Shown: piece by piece, positions 1-9,623 of the stretch | How the letters are laid out: the number at the start of each line of letters is the position of its first letter | How positions within the stretch are numbered: position 1 is the first letter of the stretch | NCBI GenBank assembly: GCA_963737905.1 | Contig: CAVTUQ010000029.1 | Span: forward strand, 1 to 64,000 | Source: an uncultured delta proteobacterium | Lineage (GTDB): Bacteria > Desulfobacterota > Binatia > UBA9968 | Direction of reading: 5' to 3' | Length of the DNA: 64,000 nucleotides | Translations under genes and position numbers: made by a program | The notes under the pieces: generated by a model | Told to the model about the DNA's origin: nothing | The model's input: the letters and a program-made list of their open reading frames with translations, nothing else | Database searches by the model: none

Positions 1-1
1 T

Positions 2-105
2 TTGTAAAAAGACAGGCGTTCAAACCGCTCAATCGCTGCGCTCCGTTCAAGCCGTTCAAGCAGTTCAAATACCCACTACCCTGCGGCTGTTAAATCGGTT
101 TTGGA
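2..105. repeat. Intergenic repeat module A (GTTCAA-rich), copy 1; copy 2 at ~1357-1460
   Basis: TTGTAAAAAGAyAGGCGTTCAAACCGCTCAATCGCTGCGCTCCGTTCAAGCCGTTCAAGCAGTTCAAATACCC is near identical at both sites. Confidence 0.9.
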
Positions 106-132
106 TTTTCGACAAGGAAATGCCAGGGTCGA

Positions 133-189
133 ACCGGCGCAACCTATTGAATCGCTGATGTAAAATAGCGTAAGCAGGGCCGATTTAGG
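133..189. repeat. Intergenic repeat module B, copy 1; copy 2 at ~1208-1262
   Basis: ACCGGyGCAACCTATTGAATCGCTGATGTAAAATAG...CGATTTAGG at both sites. Confidence 0.85.
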
Positions 190-371
190 GGCTTAGACGT
201 GTGTTTTTGGCCAGCAAACGCGCGTTCTAGATAGACACATACCGCGCGCCAATCGTGAGTTAAGAGATCCGAGGGTCAAATCTTTGCCTGTGAACTATGA
301 AGCTTAACGAGGAGGACAGGTTCGAAACGCTACGCATAGGACCCTTGACGCTTAGCGCCAGACGCGTTAAA

Positions 372-749
372 TCAGGCAGCTTTCTTCGTCCGAATCGGAC
401 GGATTAGCACATCCACCGATATGCCTAGCTTCTGATGCAAGCGGCGGATCATGTTAATTGATAGGCCGCGACGACGGTTCAATACTTCGGCCACTCGGGT
501 GCGACTTCCCAATATTTCTGCCAGATCCTTGCGACTCAGACCCTGTTGTTCCATGCGGAATTTGATCGCCTCGATAGGGTCTGGGGGGTCCATAGGATAG
601 TGTTCACTCTCATAGGCATCGATAAGCGTTGCGAGAATGTCGAGCCGGTCACCCCTCCGAGTGCCTCTCCGTGCTCCCCATAGACGCTCGATTTCCGCGA
701 GCGACACTTCGTAATCAGCTTTGGTCCTAATCGGTTTAAGATTTTTCAT
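372..749 (-). CDS. higA: HigA antitoxin (HTH XRE)
   Basis: LKPIRT...LIDAYE..HYP..PPDPIEAIKFRMEQQGL...EVLNRRRGLS; overlaps the upstream toxin. Confidence 0.92.
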   Translation of the reverse strand: MKNLKPIRTKADYEVSLAEIERLWGARRGTRRGDRLDILATLIDAYESEHYPMDPPDPIEAIKFRMEQQGLSRKDLAEILGSRTRVAEVLNRRRGLSINMIRRLHQKLGISVDVLIRPIRTKKAA

Positions 750-1062
750 ACTTAACTTCCCTCACATTAATCTTATCGTACTCACTGTGAGTCCCGATCC
801 ACTTGATCCAAACAATTCCTTTCTCAAAATCGACTGAGGCCACAAGGCGATAATCGTTGCCCTTGATATTAAACACGATCGGGTCAGCGGTCACGACACT
901 AGCCGTGGCATAGAGGCGCTTCACGTCAGCCGTATTTTTCCATTTCGCTTTACGCACTTCCTCGAACCAAGCATCAAGTGCGGCTTTCAGTGCTGCATGG
1001 TCACTGTGGCCCGCACGAGACTGAAGAAATTCACGTAACGTCCGGCGAGCAATGACCCGCAT
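736..1062 (-). CDS. higB: HigB toxin (mRNA interferase)
   Basis: MRVIARRTL...VFNIKGNDYRLV...WIGTHSEYDKI; toxin-first gene order. Confidence 0.92.
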   Translation of the reverse strand: MRVIARRTLREFLQSRAGHSDHAALKAALDAWFEEVRKAKWKNTADVKRLYATASVVTADPIVFNIKGNDYRLVASVDFEKGIVWIKWIGTHSEYDKINVREVKYEKS

Positions 1063-1078
1063 GAACTAAACTTTACTA

Positions 1079-1097
1079 TGTGCCCATTTTGGGAACA
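1079..1097 (-). promoter_or_regulatory. Palindromic operator overlapping the higBA promoter
   Basis: TGTGCCCATTTTGGGAACA inverted repeat overlapping TTGTTC-N17-TAAAGT just upstream of the higB ATG. Confidence 0.6.
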
Positions 1098-1207
1098 AGT
1101 ATAACGTTTAGCGTTCAATTTCCAAGCGGGCAAGAAGTCAAATCTTTGGTTGGGAGTCCTGTTGCGGTTGCTAACAAAAGGGTTGCCCATATGAATGCTA
1201 GGATCCG

Positions 1208-1262
1208 ACCGGTGCAACCTATTGAATCGCTGATGTAAAATAGTAATTGGGGTCGATTTAGG
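1208..1262. repeat. Repeat module B copy 2
   Basis: Matches 133-189. Confidence 0.85.
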
Positions 1263-1309
1263 AATAGGCAGGGGCTCGGGTCGGACCACGCTAAGTTGCC
1301 CGGAAGTTC

Positions 1310-1597
1310 GGTAAGTCTCTCCCATGGAAGTGTGTTTTCTGGTCTTAGAGCCTCACTTGTAAAAAGATAGGCGTTCAAACCGCTCAATCGCTGCGCTCCG
1401 TTCAAGCCGTTCAAGCAGTTCAAATACCCGCTACCCTGCGGCTGTTGAATCGATTTTGATTTTTGGATTCCGACCGAATCAGCGCTCAAATCTAAGAAAT
1501 CAGTTCGCGATGCACAGCCCCGTTTTTCGCTCTTCATCTTCTCAACAAAATTCAGATTGCCAACTGGAACTCCTTCCGACCACCGTGCGTCTCGCAC
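1310..1597 (-). pseudogene. Possible C-terminal remnant of a REP-associated Y1 (RAYT-like) transposase, interrupted by repeat module A
   Basis: RDARWSEGVPVGNLNFVEKMKSE and SEALRPENTLPW resemble, from recall, the C-terminal tail of this family; no HUH motif remains. Confidence 0.35.
1357..1460. repeat. Repeat module A copy 2
   Basis: Matches 2-105. Confidence 0.9.
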
Positions 1598-1840
1598 CTA
1601 CAACTCATCCCGGAGAGCGATCTCTACGAACTTCGCTTGGTCCGACCCAACACGCCGCGAGACGACATCCACGTCGTGGGTAGATGGTTTGCCCCACCGC
1701 AACTTCCGACCGGGTAGGCTCTTTGACACCCGGTAAGTGCAGGCAACTTCAAGCCGAGACCCACAATTCTCGCAGAAGACGGCATCGGCGGAATTTTGAG
1801 TTTGGCACTCGGGGCAGTTCACAACATCACCAACCTGCAC
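1598..1840 (-). pseudogene. Truncated zinc-ribbon protein (N-terminus typical of DZR adenylate cyclase/ATPase proteins)
   Basis: CPECQTQN...FCENCGSRLEVAC followed by loss of similarity. Confidence 0.5.
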
Positions 1841-2016
1841 TTAAGAGTTTCAAGCTTTTGGGACGAGAGAAGAGATGCCGAACCGAGCAATCCGTTCTGA
1901 CATCTTCGCGGATACGAAAGCGACCTTCGCGCGGTAAAACGTTGGCAGGGTGACGGGCAACTCCTTACGGTTCGGCGCAGTACTCGAAGCTGCGCGTCAA
2001 CCCTGCCTGGGCTAAC

Positions 2017-2634
2017 TTACCTTTGAGCTACGGAGCGGCGGAGCCATTCGTCGAGACCGATGCGGCCTAGGCGCGCTTCGCCCAACGGCACGAGCGAGCG
2101 CTCCTCGACCCGGCCGCCGTAGTATCGGGCCTCGGGGTCACTCACGACCTCACGCGGGTCGCCGACCGCCTTCAGATAGCGGGCGACGATTTCGTTGAAC
2201 GGCGCTCGTTCCGGGCCCGCGATCTCGACGATGCCGTTTCGCGGCGCCGCGAGCGCCACATCGGCAACGATGGCAGCAACGTCGTCCGCTGCGATGGGCT
2301 GGAACAGGCCGGGCGAAAGCCTGACCCTATTTCCATCCGTACTTGAAGCGGCGATGCCGCCGAGGAATTCCAGGAACTGGGTCGAGCGGATAATGGTGTA
2401 GGGGATGCCGGAGGTCTCGAAGAATTCCAACGCCGCCTTGTCCTCCCACGAAGGCGCGTTCGCCAAGTCGACGACAACCTGAGCGCCGGCAAGCGCTTCT
2501 GCCAACCCCTCACCAGTGATGGTATTGACGCCGGTATTGGGCGAGGCGGCGACGACCTCGTGGCCGCCCTGGCGCAAAATGGCGACGGTCTTCGAGCCGA
2601 TCAGGCCGGTGCCGCCGATGACGACGATCTTCAT
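2017..2634 (-). CDS. NmrA-like/SDR NAD(P)-binding protein with an internal in-frame deletion
   Basis: MKIVVIGGTGLIG Rossmann motif; FFETSG joined directly to IPYTIIRSTQF. Confidence 0.8.
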   Translation of the reverse strand: MKIVVIGGTGLIGSKTVAILRQGGHEVVAASPNTGVNTITGEGLAEALAGAQVVVDLANAPSWEDKAALEFFETSGIPYTIIRSTQFLEFLGGIAASSTDGNRVRLSPGLFQPIAADDVAAIVADVALAAPRNGIVEIAGPERAPFNEIVARYLKAVGDPREVVSDPEARYYGGRVEERSLVPLGEARLGRIGLDEWLRRSVAQR

Positions 2635-3234
2635 ATGCGCTCTCCTTCTATAGTCGCCCGCAATCGGACGAGTCTTTAAGTTCACTACGGATTCGCATTA
2701 CGTTAAGGCGCATCCGTGTGAGAACATTGCCAATGTTTATTGAACCATAACAGCTCGTTTCTCGTGTGTGTTTCCAGTGCTCCGTCGACGATAATTCGGA
2801 GCATGCGGGAAAGACGCTCCCCAGTCACTTTACTGGCACGAACACTGGAGCGTCCTTGTTCTTGACCAACCACACGAGGAATTTTGCTGGTTTGTTTTTG
2901 TCTGCGCTCCGACCAACGATATGAACATCGTCGGGGCCTTCATAAAAGGTCTGTCCTGGTGTCAGCGTGACTTCTTTTCCGCCTTTCAGTTGCATGACGA
3001 TGGAGCCCTCCAGCACGTATACAAATGCGTGTGCATTGTGACGATGTATAGGGTCTGTAGCCCCGGGCGGATACTCTACTCTGATCAGCAGGCCTTCCTT
3101 ACCAGGGAAATCCTTCAGATCTTTCGACATGAGAGGCGTTACCTTAGTAGTAATTCGCATAAATATGGCGACGTATAAGTCATTGTTTATTTCTGCGGTT
3201 TCTGCTACCGTCGTCCCGGCGGAGGACGGTCAGG

Positions 3235-3543
3235 ATGCCGCGAATAAGCCCGTTCCAAATCGTGCTGTCGAAACAAGAAAGAGAAGTTCTGGAACGCCGC
3301 GCCCGAAAATATACGTTGCCGTATTTCGAGGTGTTGCGTGCCAAGATGATCCTGCTCGCTGCCGAGGGACGATCCAATGATGAAATCGGCGCATCCCTGG
3401 ACATCGGACGCGACGTGGTCAGTCTGTGGCGCAAGCGGTTCTTCCATGAGCGATTGCCAGGCCTGGAAGAGCGAACCCGACCGGGCCGCCCCCCGGTTTT
3501 TTCCCCCAGAGGTGGTCGTGCAGGTAAAAGCCATCGCGTGTGA
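3235..3543 (+). CDS. IS630 OrfA (HTH domain)
   Basis: RAKMILLAAEG...WRKRF...GLEERTRPGRPPVFSP. Confidence 0.85.
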   Translation: MPRISPFQIVLSKQEREVLERRARKYTLPYFEVLRAKMILLAAEGRSNDEIGASLDIGRDVVSLWRKRFFHERLPGLEERTRPGRPPVFSPRGGRAGKSHRV

Positions 3544-4378
3544 GCTGCCAGCGACGCTCGGCGTTCCGCTTTCCCGTTTGAGTTCCGCAGATATTGTCCG
3601 TGAGGCGCAACGCTCTGGCATCGTGGCAACCTTAAGCAACAAGACCGTTTGGCGGTGGCTGCATGAAGATGCGATTCGCCCTTGGCAACATCGCACCTGG
3701 ATTTTCCCGCGCGATCCGCAATTTATCTCCAAAGCTGGGCGCATCCTAGACCTGTACGCGAGGCACTGGGAAGGCCGTCCTCTGCGAGACGACGAATTCG
3801 TGCTCTCCGCTGACGAAAAGACCAGCATCCAGGCGCGCATTCGAAAGCATGTCTCCTTGCCACCCCGTCCAGGCCAGCCAGCTCGTGTCGAGCACGAGTA
3901 CGCGCGAGGCGGCGCCTGGGCGTACCTGGCCGCGATGGATGTTCATCGCGCGAAGTTCTTCGGCCGTTGCGAGCAGTCCACCGGTATCGAGCCGTTCAAT
4001 CGTCTGGTTACCCAGGTCATGACACAGCCCCCGTATCGCAACGCCCAGCGCGTGTTCTGGATCATGGACAACGGCTCCTCGCATCGCGGCCAGCCTTGTG
4101 TTCGGCGCCTAAAGGCAGCTTTCCCCAACCTTGTCCCCGTGCATGGACCGGTCCATGCAAGCTGGCTCAATCAAATCGAAATCTACTTCTCCATTGTTGA
4201 ACGCAAAGCGCTCACGCCCAACGACTTCCACTCCCTTGAGGAAGTCGAGAATCGACTCCTCGGCTTCCAACAATACTATGAGAACATCGCTGCACCATTC
4301 GAGTGGAAATTCACGCGTGACGACCTTAAGGCAATGATGAAAAAGCTCCATGTGCAACCTACTTGCTTGGCGGCTTAG
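3377..4378 (+). CDS. IS630 OrfB DDE transposase (probably fused to OrfA by a frameshift at TTTTTTCCCCC ~3497-3507)
   Basis: DEKTSIQA, HEYARGG, MDNGSSH, HASWLNQIEIYFS motifs. Confidence 0.9.
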   Translation: MMKSAHPWTSDATWSVCGASGSSMSDCQAWKSEPDRAAPRFFPPEVVVQVKAIACELPATLGVPLSRLSSADIVREAQRSGIVATLSNKTVWRWLHEDAIRPWQHRTWIFPRDPQFISKAGRILDLYARHWEGRPLRDDEFVLSADEKTSIQARIRKHVSLPPRPGQPARVEHEYARGGAWAYLAAMDVHRAKFFGRCEQSTGIEPFNRLVTQVMTQPPYRNAQRVFWIMDNGSSHRGQPCVRRLKAAFPNLVPVHGPVHASWLNQIEIYFSIVERKALTPNDFHSLEEVENRLLGFQQYYENIAAPFEWKFTRDDLKAMMKKLHVQPTCLAA

Positions 4379-5099
4379 ATGAATACGTTGCCGAACTTAT
4401 GAACCAAACTACTTAGCCTCCTGAGCCATCAGCGTGCCGGTAATGAGAGATAACAGAACCACCATTATTATTTTCTTCCTCAGCATAATTAACCTCTCGT
4501 TCTTTGCCCGAGGCACCATGGTGCCGATCGGGTCGATGTACTAGCCATGACCGAATAGCTCCGCACCCATATTGACTCCCCTTCATTGAGAGGATTGAAG
4601 AGGCACACCTTCAGTTGAATCTTGCTATTGCTCTGGAAAATAGGAAGGTCTCTAACCGGGAGGCGATGTGGTAGGGACCATGAGTTGCGCGAGCTCGACG
4701 AAATGAAAATTGCTTGGCATTCCGGATAATCGGAAGATTCTCGAGGGCTTCATCGGCGCGCTCCCTCCAGGGAACGGCAGTCGCGATGAGCAGTGATGGA
4801 GTTTCTAGCCCCACGCTAACATAGAATTGATATGTGTCAACTTATTTTTCGGTTGCTAGTATCGGGAAATGCCGGATTTCCACTTCCGAATCTCCTGAGC
4901 ACTGCCATTTTCAGTTAATCGCAGTTGACGGCGGCTATAACTCTGGTACCCGGGCGGGATCCGTCGGCCGTTGTGGATCTCCCACGTGACCTGGTGGCCG
5001 CGGCGGACCTGCTTTCCCACGCGGACGAGGGCGTAGCCGTCTTGGTCGACGGCGCCCTGCCAGCGCCAGCAGCCGGACGGTGTCTTGACGCAGTTGCGG

Positions 5100-5306
5100 A
5101 ATGCTTGGCAACCATCCCCACAATGCCGTCGCCCCGGCTACCGCTACCACGTCGCAAGGTTTTTCTAGCGCGCTCTGCCAATTCTCGTCTTTCGATGAAT
5201 GGTAGCTGGGCGTGTGTCCTGCACGGCTGATGAGCTCGAACAGCGCATCGGCGGACGGTTGTTGGTTATCCCCCGCGTCGGGGTTGTGGATTAAGGTTAC
5301 CTTCAT
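5100..5306 (-). pseudogene. Diacylglycerol-kinase-family N-terminal fragment, frameshifted and truncated
   Basis: MKVTLIHNPDAG...VVAVAG then GDGIVGMVAK in another frame. Confidence 0.65.
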
Positions 5307-5480
5307 GCGTAGAAGAGAAAAATAGGTGAGAAAAGAATAGACGGGATTTGCACTAAGCGGCAGTGGTTCAATTGAGAAATAGACCAAAGGGGGGCCGTTG
5401 AAACACGGCTGCGTGAGACCTCTTCGTCTCGATCTCACGCATACGAAGAATTGGTCGGTCCAATTGAAACATCCACTCGA

Positions 5481-6047
5481 TTAACGAGTTTCTTTAGACG
5501 CCCCCTTGAGCTGTTCGCCCGTTGTTTGCACCATCTCTAAATGTTTCTTGATTATCGGAGCATATTTTCCGGCAAACTGCTTGAGGTCGGGGTCTTTTGC
5601 CTTGTCGGCTTCGCGCTCGAACACTTTCAGGTCCTCTTTATGATCCTCGATCATCGTTCGGGTATATTGACGGTCGAACTCAGAGCCCGAGAGCTTCGAA
5701 AGGCGATCGACGGTTTTCTTTTGTTTCCCTTCAAGTGTCATCGGGATCTTTACCCCTTTATTGGCGGCAATGGCCTTTAATTCCTCATTGGCTTTGCCGT
5801 GATCCTCCTGCATCTGCCGGCCGAAAGCTTTGACTTTATCATTCGTCGACTTGTCAGCAGCGATCTTTCCTAGCTCCACCTCCATCATTCCTCCGGCGGC
5901 CGCCTCTTTGACGAACTTTTCGTCCGAGCTCGACAGCTTGTCAGTCGTTTTCTTCGGCTCACTCTGATCAGCGGCTAAGACGAGGCCCGCCGGTAAGCTC
6001 ACCACGAGACCGAAAATTAAAACTTGAACAAATGGTTTTGTGAACAT
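5481..6047 (-). CDS. DUF4142 exported ferritin-like protein
   Basis: Signal peptide; DEKFVKEAAAGGMMEVELGK, DHGKANEEL, FDRQY...DHKED. Confidence 0.88.
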   Translation of the reverse strand: MFTKPFVQVLIFGLVVSLPAGLVLAADQSEPKKTTDKLSSSDEKFVKEAAAGGMMEVELGKIAADKSTNDKVKAFGRQMQEDHGKANEELKAIAANKGVKIPMTLEGKQKKTVDRLSKLSGSEFDRQYTRTMIEDHKEDLKVFEREADKAKDPDLKQFAGKYAPIIKKHLEMVQTTGEQLKGASKETR

Positions 6048-6087
6048 TGTTTTTCTCCTTGCATTTAGAAACTACTTCGTATTGTGC

Positions 6088-6102
6088 GCAAACCTTATGC
6101 CA
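6088..6102 (-). promoter_or_regulatory. Sigma-54 -24/-12 promoter (DUF4142)
   Basis: TGGCAT-AAGGT-TTGC. Confidence 0.75.
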
Positions 6103-6418
6103 GGGAAGTGAGAGTTGAGGTACTTAAAAAATCTTGTGTTACGAGAGGCAGAGTGGCAATTCCTCTCGCATTACCGTCAGAAATTGCGCACAGAGCATCA
6201 GGATTCTTGCCACACCTTTCAATAGAATCTTTCCTCGAACACCCGTCAAAAAACGCCGACCTTCATAGTCAGGTTTCAAGCGCAAGGAAAAATACTGCCG
6301 GACTAGCTATCGTTCGGACTATCGTTCCGGAACGAAATCTAGGGGTTGCCTGCGATGTCGTGCGAGAAATGGCGCCATGAGTTGAGGCGCCATTTGTCGT
6401 TTAAAGGGTTGGGGGTTC

Positions 6419-6583
6419 TCACTTTCCGCAGTCAGGGTGACCGCAGCCACAGTTCCCCTCCCCTGTCAATGGCTCCGCGCTAGCGCAATGGTTATTGCAA
6501 TACATTTCGTTGCCGCGGGAAACCGCTTTTCCTTCCTCGACTTTGCAGCCGCAGCCTGAATGAGCGCAATCTTTCGTCGCCAT
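6419..6583 (-). CDS. Prokaryotic metallothionein-like protein (54 aa, 8 Cys, 3 His)
   Basis: CAHSGCGC...YCNNHCA...CGCGHPDC; AAAGGAG RBS. Confidence 0.82.
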   Translation of the reverse strand: MATKDCAHSGCGCKVEEGKAVSRGNEMYCNNHCASAEPLTGEGNCGCGHPDCGK

Positions 6584-6614
6584 AATTCGATCTCCTTTCT
6601 GGTGTGACAGTCGA

Positions 6615-6629
6615 GCAAGTATCATGCCT
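6615..6629 (-). promoter_or_regulatory. Sigma-54 promoter (metallothionein)
   Basis: AGGCAT-GATAC-TTGC. Confidence 0.7.
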
Positions 6630-6812
6630 CTAAATCCGCATGGCTGCTTCGGTGGCGCTGTACAAGAAATCGCCGCTGCCCGTAAAGCAGCGCGCACACG
6701 CGCGCGGCGTGGATATATTCAACCGCCCTTCCGGCGTTCTCAGAACTGGGAGCGCCGGGTTTTCCCGTTTTCTCAAAGAAAGTTGAATACCACTCCAAGG
6801 GCTTTAACAATT

Positions 6813-7241
6813 TTACCGCCGGTCCTCGTGAGTCGAATGGATTTCGCTCCCGATATATCCAATCCATTCTCCGCGTGTTGCCGCAATCGGATGAAGCTTG
6901 AAGCTAACGTCGGACTGATCTTCGTCATCCATACTCTTCGGGATCGACAAAACGAGTACTCCATTTCCGTAAGTTGCATTGGTCAACTTGCCGTTTAAAC
7001 CCCGATTAAGTGAGATTTCCCGGTGGTACGGGCCAATAGTCCACTCATCCATGATGAGATCGGTTCCATGCTGGCGCGGGCCGCGCTCTTCGCCACTGAT
7101 GAGAATTTTGTTATTGGCAATTGTTACCGAGATGTCTTCGGGTTCAAGCCCCGGAAGTGGAGCTGCCAAAACAATCAGTTGCCCGCGATCGTAAACACGT
7201 ACGGGAATAGTCTGGGAATCGCCTATCATGATTACCTCCAT
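6813..7241 (-). CDS. Hsp20/alpha-crystallin small heat-shock protein
   Basis: LPGLEPEDISVTI...ATYGNGVLVLSIPK. Confidence 0.88.
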   Translation of the reverse strand: MEVIMIGDSQTIPVRVYDRGQLIVLAAPLPGLEPEDISVTIANNKILISGEERGPRQHGTDLIMDEWTIGPYHREISLNRGLNGKLTNATYGNGVLVLSIPKSMDDEDQSDVSFKLHPIAATRGEWIGYIGSEIHSTHEDRR

Positions 7242-7319
7242 TTGGTTCGCACTCCATGATTGCTATACTTCCATTTTTTCTAAATCGTCCAGGCCGAATT
7301 TTCTGTATGAGAAAATTGC

Positions 7320-7334
7320 GCAACAATGATGCCA
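7320..7334 (-). promoter_or_regulatory. Sigma-54 promoter (Hsp20)
   Basis: TGGCAT-CATTG-TTGC. Confidence 0.72.
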
Positions 7335-7407
7335 AGACGCTTCGTCATGGCACAGAAGTCACGAATCAACGTACCTGCGGACCATGGTTTTGATCGCTGC
7401 GAGCTGC

Positions 7408-8352
7408 CTATCTGACTTGCGGTCGGCTTCGTCTCTCTGGCGGTGGCGATTCTCTCTTTTGCGTTTCCCGAGCGGCAGAAATTGTCTCGGCGTTTTCCGC
7501 CGGCACAACTCCCGATCCGTACTGGCTTGCGTAGACTTGGGTAAACTCTGCTCCCAAGAAAAATATTAACGATGAGTAGTAAACCCACAGCAAAATCGTA
7601 ATCAATGAGCCGGCGGCGCCATAGACTGAAGTCACCCCGCTACTGCCTAGATATAGTCCTATTAAAAACTTGCCTACTGTGAAAAGAAATGAGGTCAGCC
7701 CGGCGCCGATCCACACGTCCTTCCACTGAATACGAGCGTCTGGAAGAAATTTGTAGATTATTGCAAAAAGCGCCGTTACGAAGCCAAAAGAGATCAAGAG
7801 GTCCAGAGCATGGGCGATGAGCGCGGCTTCGCCGAGCAACGTACCCATTATCTGCGTCAGGCTCGTTAGCAATGCGCTAATCACGAGTGAAACCAGGAGA
7901 AGAAAGCCAATCGCCAGAACCATCCCAAATGAGATGAAGCGCTGGCGGACAAAAGTCCAGATGCCTTGACCGGGTTTCGGGACCACGCCCCAAATCGTAT
8001 TGAGCGAGGTCTGTAGCTGGCCAACCACGCCGCCCGCACCCACCATTAAGGCAACAATTCCGAACAATCCGGAAATCATTCCTGTCTCCGGCTTGCTGCT
8101 AGCGTTTTGGATCATCTCTTGGACGGCCTGTGCGCTATCTCGACCGATCAATCCTTGGATCGTTTGGACTATCTGGTTTTGTGCCGCTTCCTTGCCGAAA
8201 ACGAAGCCGGCGATGGCAATAGCGATGATCAGGAGCGGAGCGAGGGAGAAAACGGTGTAATAGGAAAGCGCGGCCGCTAACTGGAACGGCTCATCCTCAA
8301 TCCATTGGGTAATGGTGTCTTTGAGGAATTGCCAAATCGATTTTGGCCTCAT
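7408..8352 (-). CDS. YihY/BrkB membrane protein
   Basis: AAALSYYTVFSLAPLL, YGAAGSL..LLWVYYSS...GAE. Confidence 0.92.
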   Translation of the reverse strand: MRPKSIWQFLKDTITQWIEDEPFQLAAALSYYTVFSLAPLLIIAIAIAGFVFGKEAAQNQIVQTIQGLIGRDSAQAVQEMIQNASSKPETGMISGLFGIVALMVGAGGVVGQLQTSLNTIWGVVPKPGQGIWTFVRQRFISFGMVLAIGFLLLVSLVISALLTSLTQIMGTLLGEAALIAHALDLLISFGFVTALFAIIYKFLPDARIQWKDVWIGAGLTSFLFTVGKFLIGLYLGSSGVTSVYGAAGSLITILLWVYYSSLIFFLGAEFTQVYASQYGSGVVPAENAETISAARETQKRESPPPERRSRPQVR

Positions 8353-8489
8353 CGTCTTTGTTTACCGTGATTTGCCAGCATATAGCGGCCGCACGGTCGA
8401 GCGAGGCGGTCGCTATGGGATTCGATATCGCTTTCGTGGTTAATCTCTGACCGTCGAGAGATGTTCGCTGTCCACTGAAGTTTATCAAT

Positions 8490-9623
8490 CTAAGAGAGCG
8501 GTCTGGTCGCCAGTCTGATCATCCGCTGTTTTGATCGAGTTGAAATCTGTTTTGGGCGAGGAATCTGTGAATCCGCTCCTTCTTGTGCCGGCTCGATCCC
8601 GATGGTTACTGGCTGGTGAGACGCAAGGCCGTTCAGACGCCCGACATGTCCTGTTCTTCGCAAAACCTCCATGACGCGGCTCTCTGTCCCCCAATCGCTC
8701 CAGAGCACATCTCGCACGCGTATGGCCAGCAGGCTAAACGGGTGGGTTTGAACATAGGGCTCGAGTAACTCCTTTGAGAAATTTACCGGAGCCAAGTGCT
8801 GATATGTTTCCCGCAGCACGTCTTTTTCGCCCGGGGTGCCGACAGCCTCATAAATTTTTTGAAATGTAAGATACAGATTGGGCGCGACCTCAGAGGCGAG
8901 GCGGAGAAGGGTCTCGGCTTGACAGACCATTATCATCGTATTCCACAATGCGCCGTTAAGAATGAGGTCTCGCGCTTTTCCAGGATCGGGTTTTTCTATA
9001 AAAGCGGACACCGGAGCTGGACCTGCTGCTTCTTTCAACATTTTTTCCGGTAGAATGTAACCATACTCCGAGTCTTCCCGATCCGGCTCGATACCCAAGA
9101 GCACCAATCGGGATGGGTTTCCCTTGACGTACTGATGCGCGTGATGCACATAGCGCATCAGTTTTTCCTCTTCTAAGACGAAATGGTCGGAGGGGAGAAT
9201 GGCCACCACTGCGTTGGGATAATGCTTCGTTAAATAAATGAGAGGAAGAAGCAGTCCGGGCCCCGTTTCCCTATTCTGCGGTTGCACGACCAACGTTTGC
9301 GCCGGCCGCTTCCAAATCTGTCGTTGAACCTCTGGAAAGCCAAGATGGGCCTCATTGATCACCGTGAACAGGCGCTCGGAAGGTATCAGTCTTTCCGCTC
9401 GATTAAGAGTATGTTCCAACATGGAACGGCTTCCGATGAAGTTGACATACTGCTTGGGCAGTAGATCCTTCCTCAATAAATGGACGAACGGGCGAAGCCG
9501 TTTTCCTTCCCCTCCCGCCAATACGATTCCGCAAAGCGGAATGCTGGAAGTGAGATTGGACCGGTCAAAGGTAAGTACTTTTTTGTGGGTGTTTTCTAAA
9601 GCCATTCCTCGATGCCAGCTCAT
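8490..9623 (-). CDS. Sugar-phosphate nucleotidyltransferase (mannose-1-P guanylyltransferase-like)
   Basis: LAGGEGKRL, PKQY, QPQNRETGP, PSDH, FIEKP, WSDWG. Confidence 0.85.
   Translation of the reverse strand: MSWHRGMALENTHKKVLTFDRSNLTSSIPLCGIVLAGGEGKRLRPFVHLLRKDLLPKQYVNFIGSRSMLEHTLNRAERLIPSERLFTVINEAHLGFPEVQRQIWKRPAQTLVVQPQNRETGPGLLLPLIYLTKHYPNAVVAILPSDHFVLEEEKLMRYVHHAHQYVKGNPSRLVLLGIEPDREDSEYGYILPEKMLKEAAGPAPVSAFIEKPDPGKARDLILNGALWNTMIMVCQAETLLRLASEVAPNLYLTFQKIYEAVGTPGEKDVLRETYQHLAPVNFSKELLEPYVQTHPFSLLAIRVRDVLWSDWGTESRVMEVLRRTGHVGRLNGLASHQPVTIGIEPAQEGADSQIPRPKQISTRSKQRMIRLATRPLS

Larger units (their letters stand above)
3147..4412 (+). mobile_element. IS630-family insertion sequence
   Basis: Imperfect terminal IRs GTAGTaattcgCATAAataTGGCGACGTAT / GTAGTttggttCATAAgttCGGCAACGTAT; CTTAG on both flanks (3143-3147, 4412-4416). 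Confidence 0.92.
2825..4486 (-). pseudogene. Cupin-domain protein interrupted by IS630
   Basis: N-terminus MLRKKIIMVVLLSLITGTLMAQEA (4486-4415) rejoins KVTPLMSKDL...IHRHNAH..YVLEG in frame once the IS is removed. Confidence 0.88.
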
